This document shows positions 37,419 through 47,348 of a DNA stretch of 64,000 nt, piece by piece. The DNA is taken from NCBI GenBank assembly GCA_019057375.1, contig DXJF01000114.1:44632-108631 (forward strand). Direction: 5' to 3'. The first letter of the stretch is position 1; each line of letters opens with the position of its first letter. Both the position numbers and the translations under genes were made by a program. This stretch comes from Candidatus Heimdallarchaeota archaeon. GTDB lineage: Archaea; Asgardarchaeota; Heimdallarchaeia; Heimdallarchaeales; Heimdallarchaeaceae. The notes under the pieces are model-generated. The model was not told where the DNA came from, made no database searches, and was given only the letters and a program-made list of their open reading frames with translations.

Positions 37419-38414
37419 TTATTTTTGAAAAGTTAAATGGATTACATCTTTATCTTTAAGTTCGTAAGTTATTCCAACTCTTTTTCTTCTTCCATTTGGT
37501 CCACCCTCAAGAACTACAGCATCTTTGAATATGTCTATTTTACTTTTGCTTATTTTGTTTACAACATCTTCAACTATCACTGTATCGTTGTAAAACGCTA
37601 CAGGTTGATCTTGAATTTCATTAAATGAGTTCATAGTGAATATTCTTACTGGTTTGCTAATTTCAAACATGGTTTTCTTTATTTCATCAAGATTATTAAC
37701 AAACACATTCTTCAAATTGTTATAGGATATAAGGCCTAGATTTTCCTTTTTTACCAAAAAAGTTGGAATTCTTCTTGGACTGGTTTGAGCAAAACTATCA
37801 CCCAACCTTTTCTCGATTAATTCAATATTCTGCTCCTCTAACTCAGATAACACTATTGTAAAATCTTCAAAAGATTTACCTAGAATTAATAGACAATCTG
37901 TAGAGTGTACTAACGCTAGAGTCGATTTGTCGTAAATCCAACCTCCTTCGCTTATTGCAGGAAGCTCTACAAGTTGGAATTTTATTCCTTCATATTCTAA
38001 GGCACCATATTGTGGTTCTGTTGTGGTGTATTCATAGTCTCCTACAGGGATTTCAGTGCCGCATAGATTGTTAATCAAAGTACTTTTACCACTATTTGTT
38101 GTACCTATTACAAGGATTTGCGGTGTTTCTTTTTTGGTTTTAGTACTTTTTCGAGAAGCTTTTTTTGCTTGTTCTACCATCTCGATTTCATTTAATTCGC
38201 GTCTTAGTTTATCCTTTATTTTCCTATAGTCTCCTACATCCCATTGTATTTCCTTTAGTATTTTTCTGATTTCTTTTGCTCTTTCTTCCCCCACTTTTCC
38301 TTTTAGAGCATCTTTTATCTCTTCATTAATTACGCTATAGGGTTTAGGCATTGTCCACGACCTGTTTTCATTTTGATATGTCTTGTTTGAGTGCTTATTA
38401 ACTTTCTTTCTCAA
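37419..38414 (-). CDS. OBG/DRG-like GTPase with a TGS domain (likely start ATG 38351)
   Basis: G1 GTTNSGKST, G2 YEYTT, C-terminal TGS (VGITYELKDKDVI); G3 is ELPA and G4 is not recognisable. Confidence 0.75.
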   Translation of the reverse strand: MRKKVNKHSNKTYQNENRSWTMPKPYSVINEEIKDALKGKVGEERAKEIRKILKEIQWDVGDYRKIKDKLRRELNEIEMVEQAKKASRKSTKTKKETPQILVIGTTNSGKSTLINNLCGTEIPVGDYEYTTTEPQYGALEYEGIKFQLVELPAISEGGWIYDKSTLALVHSTDCLLILGKSFEDFTIVLSELEEQNIELIEKRLGDSFAQTSPRRIPTFLVKKENLGLISYNNLKNVFVNNLDEIKKTMFEISKPVRIFTMNSFNEIQDQPVAFYNDTVIVEDVVNKISKSKIDIFKDAVVLEGGPNGRRKRVGITYELKDKDVIHLTFQK

Positions 38415-39270
38415 TAGCTTCTGAGACTAATCTTTCACTCAATTCCCAAAGATAATCTTGATTTTCTATAACTTTAGTCATTTTTGCAGTTTTTGTTTCT
38501 TTGCAGTCAGTAAGATATTTTCCAGTTACACCTTCTAAATCATTTGAAGCAGCTACATAAACTGAAGTCTCTGCACCTTGTTCAGGAGTTCGACGATTAG
38601 GTATTAGATTCGACATTGTATTCATCCATTTTGGAAGTCCTTCTGTTGTCAATTGTGTCTTAATATGTCCCGGATTTACTGTAAATGCTGATACTCCCGT
38701 TCCTTCTAATTCTCTTACTAACTTATTGGTAAAGAGAACCATAGCTGTTTTAGAATTACTATAGGCTTGTTGTCCACTATATCTTTTTTCCAGCAAAGGA
38801 TCTTTTAGTTTTATTTTGAAGAATTTGTGTATATCAGAAGAGAGATTTACAATCCTAGAGGGAGAACTCTTCCTCAACAACGGAAGCAAAAGCTTGGTTA
38901 GATAGAAGTGAGCTAAATAATTTACTGCAAAAGTGAGTTCAAATCCATCCTCAGTTACAGTTCTCTTCATTCGGAAAACTCCCGCATTATTTATCAGAAC
39001 ATGTAAACTTGAGTATTTCTTTAGAAACTCATCAGTAAACTGTTTTACTTCATTTAATGATGATAAATCACAGATTAGAAGATCAACATTCTGATTATTA
39101 GTTTTTTGAATAATTTCCTTACGAGCTGCTTCTCCTTTTTCTAGATTACGACAAACCATTACTAAATGAGCTCCTAGAGCAGCTATCTTTCTTGCTGTTT
39201 CTTTCCCAATACCTGTATTTGCTCCAGTTATCATGCAAGTTTTCCCATTTATCCAAGAGTTATTCGGCAC
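38398..39270 (-). CDS. Short-chain dehydrogenase/reductase (retinol dehydrogenase-like)
   Basis: TGANTGIG, LINNAG, YSNSK. Confidence 0.92.
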   Translation of the reverse strand: MPNNSWINGKTCMITGANTGIGKETARKIAALGAHLVMVCRNLEKGEAARKEIIQKTNNQNVDLLICDLSSLNEVKQFTDEFLKKYSSLHVLINNAGVFRMKRTVTEDGFELTFAVNYLAHFYLTKLLLPLLRKSSPSRIVNLSSDIHKFFKIKLKDPLLEKRYSGQQAYSNSKTAMVLFTNKLVRELEGTGVSAFTVNPGHIKTQLTTEGLPKWMNTMSNLIPNRRTPEQGAETSVYVAASNDLEGVTGKYLTDCKETKTAKMTKVIENQDYLWELSERLVSEAIEKES

Positions 39271-39354
39271 AATATCACATCATAAAATGTTTCTGTACAT
39301 TTATACCTATACGTTCAAGTAAAAACTTTATCCGAATCTTTTATTAATAACTCA

Positions 39355-40575
39355 ATGTCTACTCTTTTCATGAGTTCAGAAAAATCAAAAGTCTATTTCG
39401 GTTCTGTTCAACATGGAAGAAATTCCGCTTTTGCTTCTTTTGCTGCAAAGGTTGACAAAATCACAGAACTTTTACTTGAAGAAACACCCATTGAGAAGAA
39501 GGATAAGGTTGCTGTTAAAATGCACCTTGGTTTCAACGATGGTTATCAAACTGTTCCTGTTTTTTTTGTTCGTAAAATAGTAGAAGCTGTTAAAAAACGA
39601 GGGGGATATCCCTTTGTTACAGATAATCCCACTTCTGTTTATAATGCGGTCAACAGAGGGTACACTCAAGAGACATGTGGTTGTCCTATTATTCCAATAG
39701 CAGGTGTAAAAGATGGTTATACTACTCCTGTAGAAGTTAATTACAAAGGAATAGATACACTAGATCTTGCTGGAGCTTTGAAAGACGCAGATGTTTTAGT
39801 TGATTTGTCCCATGCTAAAGGTCATGGAGCTTGTGGTTATGGTGGTGCAATCAAAAATCTAGCCCTTGGTGGTTATTCAGGTCCAACCCGTTGGAGAAAA
39901 ATCCATGGGGCATCCCACGTTGATGAATATTGGGACAAAGCTAAAGGCAATCCAGAACTAGCAAAGAAGCTTGTTGAATCATGTCCTTACGGTGCCCTTC
40001 GATATGATGAAGAAAAGGATGACCTCAAAAGAAATTATCACGACTGTCGCCAATGTATGACCTGTTTACAAGTTGATGGAGGTCTAGGAGCCGTTAAACT
40101 TCCACGTGAAAGCTATACTGCATTTAATGAAATGATGGCAATAGCAACAAATGAAGTACTGAAAACCTTTGATCCTGCTAAAGTTATGTATATCAATTTC
40201 TTGACACAGATAACAATTTATTGTGATTGCATGGGCCTAGGCCAGCCACCATTCATAAATGACATTGGTGTTGTTGGCAGCAAGGATATTGTTGCAGTTG
40301 AAACAGCCACACTTGATTTAATCAAAAAGGAAAAGATAATAGAGAAAAACATTCCTCCTTACTTCAAACATGTCAATCTCGATCCAAATGAAGATCTTCA
40401 CCCATTCACAAGAGTTCATGGACCATACAAAGATCCTTACGAAACGGTTGTTTTCGCAGAAAAATTGGGCTTGGGTACTTCCAAGTATGAATTAATTGAA
40501 ATCTTATCTGCTGAAGAAACTATGAAGATGAAAACCCCAGAAAGAGTCTACGAAGGTGAACCAACTTTCTTTTAA
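39355..40575 (+). CDS. DUF362 family iron-sulfur protein
   Basis: VAVKMHLG, LSHAKGHG..GYGGAIKNL, CRQCMTC, CDC, DIVAVETA. Confidence 0.85.
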   Translation: MSTLFMSSEKSKVYFGSVQHGRNSAFASFAAKVDKITELLLEETPIEKKDKVAVKMHLGFNDGYQTVPVFFVRKIVEAVKKRGGYPFVTDNPTSVYNAVNRGYTQETCGCPIIPIAGVKDGYTTPVEVNYKGIDTLDLAGALKDADVLVDLSHAKGHGACGYGGAIKNLALGGYSGPTRWRKIHGASHVDEYWDKAKGNPELAKKLVESCPYGALRYDEEKDDLKRNYHDCRQCMTCLQVDGGLGAVKLPRESYTAFNEMMAIATNEVLKTFDPAKVMYINFLTQITIYCDCMGLGQPPFINDIGVVGSKDIVAVETATLDLIKKEKIIEKNIPPYFKHVNLDPNEDLHPFTRVHGPYKDPYETVVFAEKLGLGTSKYELIEILSAEETMKMKTPERVYEGEPTFF

Positions 40576-40679
40576 ACATGAAATCGCTTCTCTTTCTTTT
40601 TTTCTCCTTTTATTGTAATATTTGAAATAGCGAATAAATAAATAATTCATTTAATGAAAAGCCTAAAATAGATTTGGAT

Positions 40680-41093
40680 TTAGTTGAAAATTTCATCATT
40701 AATCCAATTATTGAATAAATCTTTGAAGTGTTCTAAGGATTTTTGAACAATAGAATAATGTGTAAATTTACCCTTCTTCCAACCTTTAATCAAATTTAGA
40801 TTTTCAAGGATTTTAAGGTGATAGGATATATTAGATTGACTTTTTCCTAATATGGCCTCTAATTCGCATACACATCGATCCTTTTCCATTAAGATTCTAA
40901 GAATTAAAATCCTATCAACATGAGAAAAAGCTTCCAATAATTTTGATAAGCTAGCAAGGTATGATTCATTTAATATTTTCTTTCCGTATTCTGTTATTTT
41001 ATCATAATATGCACTTGCATCTTCGATATCTTCACATTTTGCTAGTGTTGTGATTAATTCCATCTCTTTTTTACTATACTCCATACATTTCAC
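40680..41093 (-). CDS. arsR: ArsR/SmtB family regulator
   Basis: RILIL...CVCEL...SQSNISYHLKIL; divergent from acr3. Confidence 0.88.
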   Translation of the reverse strand: MKCMEYSKKEMELITTLAKCEDIEDASAYYDKITEYGKKILNESYLASLSKLLEAFSHVDRILILRILMEKDRCVCELEAILGKSQSNISYHLKILENLNLIKGWKKGKFTHYSIVQKSLEHFKDLFNNWINDEIFN

Positions 41094-41203
41094 ATTACTT
41101 CAACTATATTAATAAACTATTTATCAGACATTTATACATCAAAAGTTTTTAATATGAACCAACTATCATTGATGTATAAAAAATTTCTGGCATGTGAAGA
41201 GAT

Positions 41204-42268
41204 TTGAGTAACAGTGTTGAAACTAATCAAATTGAGGAAGATACTAAAAAGAATAAAGGACTTGGTTTATTTGAAAAATTATTACCAATTTGGATTGTAA
41301 TTTGTATGGCAGCAGGTATTCTGCTATCTCTATATGCACCAGGAATTGCAGAAACTATTGATAGTTGGCAAGTTAGGGGAATATCAATACCAATAGGGAT
41401 ATGTCTCTTTTTTATGATGTATCCTGCAATGCTGAATCTTAAAGCTTCAGAATTAAAGAAGCTAGCAAAGAATCCTAAACCAATTATCCTAACTTTAATA
41501 TCAAATTGGATAATTGCACCTTTTGTAGGGTGGGGGCTTGCTAGATTATTCCTTCCTGGAAATGAACAATTAATGTTTGCAATAATTCTTTTATCTTCTA
41601 GTCCTTGCACAGCCATGGTTCTGGTTTGGGGTTATTTAGCTGATGGAAACCAAGAACAAAATGTGATTACTACAAGTCTTAACACTATAACTATAATTAT
41701 AGGATATGTCCCTATGGTTGTATTACTATCTGGAATTTCAAACATATCCATAGATGTTATCGCACTTATCGTATCAGTATCGGTTTTCATCGGAATTCCA
41801 CTCATATTAGGCATTATCAGTAAAGCATTGATTATAAAAACAAAAGGAGAGGAATGGTTTAAAAACAAATATATTCCAATAGTTAGCAAAATTTCAATAG
41901 TTGCTTTACTCACGACTCTAGTCGTTCTGTTTTCATTAAATGGAAATGTGATGATAACTAATTTCAACTTACTATTACTAGTATCAATACCATTATTGTT
42001 AGGTTTCATTATAGTGGTTGGTTACAATTTACTTGTTACCCGATTTACAAAATTAGCTTACAAAGAAGGTGTAATTACTGTAATTATTGGATCATCAAGT
42101 CATTTTGAAATTGCTATTGCAACATCTATTGCCATTTATGGAGTCGGTTCAGTAGCCGCTCTAGGTACTACAATGGGGTTATTTTGGGAGATACCAGTCA
42201 TGGTTGGTTTAGTATATCTCGCTAAATTTCTTAAAAAGAAAAATTGGTGGAAAGGAACGCCAATTTGA
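41204..42268 (+). CDS. acr3: Arsenite efflux transporter Acr3
   Basis: MMYP, SNWIIAP, PCTAMVLVW, SSHFEIAIA; about 10 TM. Confidence 0.92.
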   Translation: MSNSVETNQIEEDTKKNKGLGLFEKLLPIWIVICMAAGILLSLYAPGIAETIDSWQVRGISIPIGICLFFMMYPAMLNLKASELKKLAKNPKPIILTLISNWIIAPFVGWGLARLFLPGNEQLMFAIILLSSSPCTAMVLVWGYLADGNQEQNVITTSLNTITIIIGYVPMVVLLSGISNISIDVIALIVSVSVFIGIPLILGIISKALIIKTKGEEWFKNKYIPIVSKISIVALLTTLVVLFSLNGNVMITNFNLLLLVSIPLLLGFIIVVGYNLLVTRFTKLAYKEGVITVIIGSSSHFEIAIATSIAIYGVGSVAALGTTMGLFWEIPVMVGLVYLAKFLKKKNWWKGTPI

Positions 42269-42271
42269 TTT

Positions 42272-42655
42272 TTATTTTTCCTTTTTCTTTCCAAGCCATG
42301 TTGCAATTAAATCAGTTATAGGACCATAAGCTATACCTGCCGCAAAGGTTGTAAAGCCGAAATGAGGATCCATTAGCAGAACAGCTGCAGAAGTAATTAA
42401 ACCAAAAATTGTTCCTCTAATTCCAGCATTTAACCATTTTTGCCATTGTTCTCCTTTGATAATTGTTATTCCATCAGCTAATCCAATGAGCATTCCTAAA
42501 ACAACTCTCATTGCCCAAATACCCATAAGGTAAACAATATTTTCAGCATAAGTTCCAAGAATACGCTGTCCCACACCAATTATACAAGCTACTCCTAATA
42601 TAGCGCCAGTAAGTGTAGATATCCAAAGACGTTTGTAATTAACCATTTTTCTCAA
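42272..42655 (-). CDS. Hypothetical membrane protein
   Basis: 127 aa with about 4 Gly-rich hydrophobic helices. Confidence 0.65.
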   Translation of the reverse strand: MRKMVNYKRLWISTLTGAILGVACIIGVGQRILGTYAENIVYLMGIWAMRVVLGMLIGLADGITIIKGEQWQKWLNAGIRGTIFGLITSAAVLLMDPHFGFTTFAAGIAYGPITDLIATWLGKKKEK

Positions 42656-42765
42656 CTTTACTTTATTGAAAGTAGCATAAAAATTCTACGTATAGACAAG
42701 AGTTTACAAAAGAGCTTGCAAGTCACATCGAATATTTTTTAAATCTTCATTACACTTTTGACCAA

Positions 42766-43704
42766 GTGAGCAAAATGGATTTGAAAGGTAGATCACTTCT
42801 ATCATTAGAGGATTTCACAGCAGATGAAATCCGTTTTCTTCTAGATGAATCTAAACGTTTGAAAGCTGATTTTAAGGCCTATAAAAGAACTAAACCACTT
42901 TCTGGTTTAACTTTGGGGATGATTTTCCAGAAACGTTCAACTCGTACTAGAGTTTCAACAGAGGTTGCAATGTATAACCTAGGAGGGCATGCAATTTTCC
43001 TGAGTTCAGCAGATATTCAACTAGGTGCCGGTGAATCTATTAAGGACACATCCCGTGTTCTTGCAAGAATGGTTGACGGCATACTTGCGCGAGTTTATGC
43101 ACATGAAGATGTTGCAGAGTTAGCTAAACATTCTACTGTTCCAGTTATCAATGCACTCTCAGATAAATACCATCCTCTCCAGATTCTTGCTGATCTTCTT
43201 ACTATTGAAGAACACAAAGGCAAGCTAGCTGGTTTAAAGCTTGCTTGGGTTGGTGATGGAAATAATGTTTGTAATTCATTATTAATTGGATGTGCAAAGA
43301 TGGGTTTAGACGTGTCAGTTGCTACACCAAAAGGTTACGAGCCACCTAGTGATATTGTGGGAAATGCTGAACATCATGCAGAGGAAACTGGTGCCGAAAT
43401 CATAATAACCAATGATGCTATTGCAGCAGTAACAAATGCAGATGTTGTTGTAACTGATACATTCATCTCTATGGGAGAAGAAAAGGAAGCTACAGCTAAG
43501 CTCAAAGCTTTCGAGAACTATGTTATTACAGAGGAACTATGTACTAACGCTAAATCCGATTATCTTTTTATGCACTGTTTACCCTACAAACATAAAGAAG
43601 CAACAGAAGAAGTCTTTGAAAGTAGTAATAGTGTAGTGTTTGATGAAGCTGAAAATAGATTACATACTGTTATGGCTGTTCTAAATGCATTAATGGGGAG
43701 TTAA
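42766..43704 (+). CDS. argF: Ornithine carbamoyltransferase
   Basis: STRTR, HPLQ, SMG, HCLP, EAENRLH. Confidence 0.96.
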   Translation: MSKMDLKGRSLLSLEDFTADEIRFLLDESKRLKADFKAYKRTKPLSGLTLGMIFQKRSTRTRVSTEVAMYNLGGHAIFLSSADIQLGAGESIKDTSRVLARMVDGILARVYAHEDVAELAKHSTVPVINALSDKYHPLQILADLLTIEEHKGKLAGLKLAWVGDGNNVCNSLLIGCAKMGLDVSVATPKGYEPPSDIVGNAEHHAEETGAEIIITNDAIAAVTNADVVVTDTFISMGEEKEATAKLKAFENYVITEELCTNAKSDYLFMHCLPYKHKEATEEVFESSNSVVFDEAENRLHTVMAVLNALMGS

Positions 43705-43822
43705 AATTCTCCCCTTTTCCTTATTTTCTTGAAAATATTCCTAAAAACTATGATTTATTCAACCTCTTACCCTGTTTTTTAGATTGCTAACTTTTCAAAA
43801 CAGAATTCAAGTTGAGATGGAG

Positions 43823-43878
43823 GAAGCTAGCAAAAAGTGCTTTTATGAGAATTATGTTAACGTGGTCTTGCTAGCCTC
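43823..43878. repeat. Dispersed inverted-repeat element, copy 3 (GAAGCTAGCAA...TTGCTAGCCTC, outer arms AAGTTGAG/CTCAACTT)
   Basis: Upstream flank AAGTTGAGATGGAGGAAGCTAGC resembles the copy 1 flank AAGTTAGATGGAAAAAGGAAGCTAGC. Confidence 0.5.
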
Positions 43879-43931
43879 AACTTAATAATATTGACAATTG
43901 TTTAAAAACCCAAAAAAAAGTGAGATATAAA

Positions 43932-44114
43932 TCAACCAAAGAGGTTTTCAAAAGAAACTTGGGACCAGTCTATTAAACTCATTATAATACCGAAGATAAT
44001 TGCAAAAATGAGTATGGCTATACCAATTAGTAAGATCTCCTCTAAGATAGGACCACCTTTTTTATTCTTCAATCTTAAACTTTTCAACATTCGAAAGATT
44101 AACATTTTAGTCAA
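43932..44114 (-). CDS. Minimal pilin-like protein with a class III signal peptide
   Basis: KNKKG|GPILEEILLIGIAILIFAIIFG: basic leader, Gly cleavage site, Glu at +5, hydrophobic helix. Confidence 0.7.
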   Translation of the reverse strand: MTKMLIFRMLKSLRLKNKKGGPILEEILLIGIAILIFAIIFGIIMSLIDWSQVSFENLFG

Positions 44115-44191
44115 AAGTTGTACTCAAGGTCAATATTTAAACTCAACAAAAATATAGAGAGAAAAGAATGAAGCTTTCAAGGCATTCTATG

Positions 44192-45076
44192 TCATGAAGT
44201 AACAATCTGTAATTCTGTTTCCACAATTTCTTTTTCTGATGGAATCTCTCTATCGGTTGTATATTTCCCAACAATTATCTGTGATGCAATACCTGAAACA
44301 ACCTTCTTTTTGAATTTCTTAGATCGTTTTGTTATCCAGATTAATGGTCTAAACATTTTTGGCAGTATGAGGTTTTCTTTTGGTTTTAGTATAAGTTTAA
44401 CAATTTCTTTAGCCAATTTTGCAACTTCATAACCTTTGAACGATGCTTTTCCAATATTCGCCACTTGATTAAACTCAGTATTATAGGGTCCAGGTAAAAC
44501 AGTTGAAACCAATATTCCATACTCTTTCAATTCTTCTCTTATACAATCATCAAATGTTTTTACAGCAGATTTGGTGGCAGAGTAAACAGCGAATGGATAT
44601 GTAGGAAGCATTGCCAAAGTAGAAGATAAATTGATAATGTGTCCATGACCTTGTTCTTTCATCACTTTTGCAGCTTTTTGAGTTAGTTTGATTAAAGAAA
44701 TAACATTTGTATCTATTAGTTCATTAATTTCTTCCTCAGGTTGTTCTAGAAACAGATTTACTTTTCCTAATCCCGCATTATTAATGAAAACATCAATTGA
44801 ACCAAAGGCTGTTATTGAAAAATCTATAATTCTATTTCTATCATCACTGTCTCTAACATCAGCTGTTACTGGTAATACTTTCAGACCTAGTCTTCTCAGA
44901 TCCTTTGTTGTCTGCATTAATTTCTTCTTTCTTCTTGCTACAATTACTATTTTTGGTTTGTGTGCAGCCAAAGCAAGTGATACTGCTTTTCCTATCCCAG
45001 AAGAAGCTCCTGTGATAATCACCACTTTATCTCGAATAGGAGAATCCTTTACCCCTTTTACCCTAATATTATGCAT
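44192..45076 (-). CDS. Short-chain dehydrogenase/reductase
   Basis: TGASSGIG, INNAG, YSATK. Confidence 0.92.
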   Translation of the reverse strand: MHNIRVKGVKDSPIRDKVVIITGASSGIGKAVSLALAAHKPKIVIVARRKKKLMQTTKDLRRLGLKVLPVTADVRDSDDRNRIIDFSITAFGSIDVFINNAGLGKVNLFLEQPEEEINELIDTNVISLIKLTQKAAKVMKEQGHGHIINLSSTLAMLPTYPFAVYSATKSAVKTFDDCIREELKEYGILVSTVLPGPYNTEFNQVANIGKASFKGYEVAKLAKEIVKLILKPKENLILPKMFRPLIWITKRSKKFKKKVVSGIASQIIVGKYTTDREIPSEKEIVETELQIVTS

Positions 45077-45169
45077 AATATCAGTAATGTTTCTAAAAAA
45101 TTCTATAAAAACCCAAAAAATACACTTAAAGGGTCAATGATACAGAAATCGATCAGTATTTTCAAGATT

Positions 45170-46024
45170 TTAAATGAATATGTGCTCTTTTCCCAAATTT
45201 TCCAGCATTTTTATTGCATTCTTTCTTTGTTCTGATCTTGCTCCCTTCTTATCTATCAATGCTCCAACAGGTGATTCAATTGTTTTTTCGAACGCTTGTT
45301 TTAGAACATCTTCTGTTAAATCATCCAAAGAATGTTTAGCAGCTATGTGACTAATAAAGACATCTGGATTTTCCATCAGATATTTATGAAAACGGTAAGC
45401 ATAATGATTTCCCCCTATTCCAATATAACTTAGATTATCAATATTTTCTCGATGTATGAAGCCTTGAGCTGTCTCGAGTATGGCTTCAGCCACAGCTATA
45501 GCACCGGTTTCATGTACCCAATATTCTTCGCTACTACCAAGTTCCATGAAAATAAGAGGAGTTGTTAATTCTGTAGGACCATGATGAGTAACTTCTAAGT
45601 CTACCTTGAATTCATCTAGTTTGAATTCTTCCTGTTTCTCTTTTAGTTTCTTCAATCCATAGTTCAAAGCCCAGCTTGAAGTGTAAGAAAGTTCAGATTC
45701 TCTCCCCGCCAAAGTGATTTTTGACCAATTTCCAGTAGGGTGTATTAATAATGCCGGTGTTCCAGAAGCTGCTCTATGTCTACTAGCAAATATGTATAAT
45801 TCGGCATTCACTCCTCTATCCAGATGACATGATTCTACACCATCCCTCTTTGTATGGATTAATTTTATTTCATTGGGGTTTTGTTTAAGCGAATAGACAG
45901 GAATGTTATCAAAACTTTCGTCTGTTTCTTTGAAGAATGATTGCTGATTCAAAACGTGCCATATTGTTTGAGCTGCTTGATCTTTTTCAGGAACTATTAT
46001 GGCTACTTTTGTATTTATGGTCAA
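45170..46024 (-). CDS. dtdA: Archaeal D-aminoacyl-tRNA deacylase
   Basis: FASRH, LIHPTGN, EVTHHGP, MELGS, GGNHY. Confidence 0.92.
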   Translation of the reverse strand: MTINTKVAIIVPEKDQAAQTIWHVLNQQSFFKETDESFDNIPVYSLKQNPNEIKLIHTKRDGVESCHLDRGVNAELYIFASRHRAASGTPALLIHPTGNWSKITLAGRESELSYTSSWALNYGLKKLKEKQEEFKLDEFKVDLEVTHHGPTELTTPLIFMELGSSEEYWVHETGAIAVAEAILETAQGFIHRENIDNLSYIGIGGNHYAYRFHKYLMENPDVFISHIAAKHSLDDLTEDVLKQAFEKTIESPVGALIDKKGARSEQRKNAIKMLENLGKEHIFI

Positions 46025-46094
46025 AAATCACACTTCTTTCTATGTTAAGAAAAAGCAGCTAAAGTGCTATAAAAATCTAGAGTAAGATAGAAAA

Positions 46095-47135
46095 TCATTC
46101 ATTATAAAACACTTGATAGATAGTGTCGTTGGTTTTCTTTACAGCTGTGAGCTCATTAAGCTTAAAATTTATTTCTTGTTTTGTTTTAACAGGAAAATCA
46201 TAAAATTCGTTTCTATACTTAAGTTCTCCATGTTTTTGAGCATGTTCAATCATGTAATCCTTATGTTCTTCTAATCGATTATGATTGTATTTATTGGCAT
46301 AAGTTACTATGTCTTTTATTCTTCCATCGATTATTTCGTTGAAATTAGTAGCAATTTCAACTCCAATACTATTTCTTTCTAAAGCCATAGCAGCTAGCAT
46401 GGTGGTTCCTGTTCCTAGAAAAGGATCTAACACAATATCATGTTTTAAGGAATACATATTTATTAGACGATAAGCTAACTCAAAAGGAAAAGCTGCGCTT
46501 CTTTCTCGTGTATTGTTCTGTTTTAACGCTTGGTGGACACCTTTGAGATCCCAAACATCAGAGAACCATTTATTCCTTTCTTCCCAGAAATATGAGCTAT
46601 CAATTCGCTTTTTCTTCTCAATGTCTGTTTTGAATTCCCTTTTACCGCCTTTACGAAGAACAAGAATATATTCGTGTTCCAGAGTTACATATCCTCCAGG
46701 GGGTAACATACCCGACCCCATGAATTTGTTAGGGGCATTTGTTAGTTTTGCCCAAATGATGAGCGGAAGACATTGAAAACCTATTTTACAACAATGAGAA
46801 ATAATTCTAGAATGAGATGCATACAGTTTGAAATCATTTCCAATACTTCTAGTCGTATCTCCAACGTTAATGCATGCAATTCCATTAGTTTTCAGTATTC
46901 TGAAAGCTTCATTCCACACTTTATCTAGTTCCTGATGCATTAATTCAAAAGCTAGATTTCCATCTTCTTCTTCTAATGCTACACCTATGTCGGGATTTAG
47001 CTGAGAAAAAACATGATCCCATATTTGAACAAGTGGGTACATTGGGCTTGTGAGAATAAGGTCAACAGATTCATCTTCTAGAGTCCTCAAATTTTGTGCA
47101 TTCTGGAAGTAAATCTTATGAGTTGTCTCTGACAT
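46095..47135 (-). CDS. Orphan N4/N6 DNA methyltransferase (beta class)
   Basis: Motif IV TSPMY (variant of SPPY) precedes motif I VLDPFLGTGTT; no adjacent restriction endonuclease. Confidence 0.85.
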   Translation of the reverse strand: MSETTHKIYFQNAQNLRTLEDESVDLILTSPMYPLVQIWDHVFSQLNPDIGVALEEEDGNLAFELMHQELDKVWNEAFRILKTNGIACINVGDTTRSIGNDFKLYASHSRIISHCCKIGFQCLPLIIWAKLTNAPNKFMGSGMLPPGGYVTLEHEYILVLRKGGKREFKTDIEKKKRIDSSYFWEERNKWFSDVWDLKGVHQALKQNNTRERSAAFPFELAYRLINMYSLKHDIVLDPFLGTGTTMLAAMALERNSIGVEIATNFNEIIDGRIKDIVTYANKYNHNRLEEHKDYMIEHAQKHGELKYRNEFYDFPVKTKQEINFKLNELTAVKKTNDTIYQVFYNE

Positions 47136-47198
47136 GCTTTCCCCTTTGTTTATGCTATAAGTATAATATATTAATTAATTGGATATTAAATACTAAAA

Positions 47199-47257
47199 AT
47201 ATTAGCTAGATTAAAGTTTTGTGTAAAGATATTAGCTAGATTAAAGTTTTGTGTAAA
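47199..47257 (+). repeat. 30-bp tandem duplication ATATTAGCTAGATTAAAGTTTTGTGTAAA(G/A) x2
   Basis: 29 identical bases at 47199-47227 and 47229-47257, between the divergent MTase and fdh genes. Confidence 0.9.
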
Positions 47258-47348
47258 AACAATTTTTAGTTGTGAAAAGGATAGCGAAAGATTTTTGTAA
47301 AAATTATTTTTAGTAACACAATCATTATCAAAATAATCATTTAATTAT

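Noticed and set aside
44688-45140. 150-aa plus-strand ORF
   Set aside because: Antisense shadow of the SDR gene
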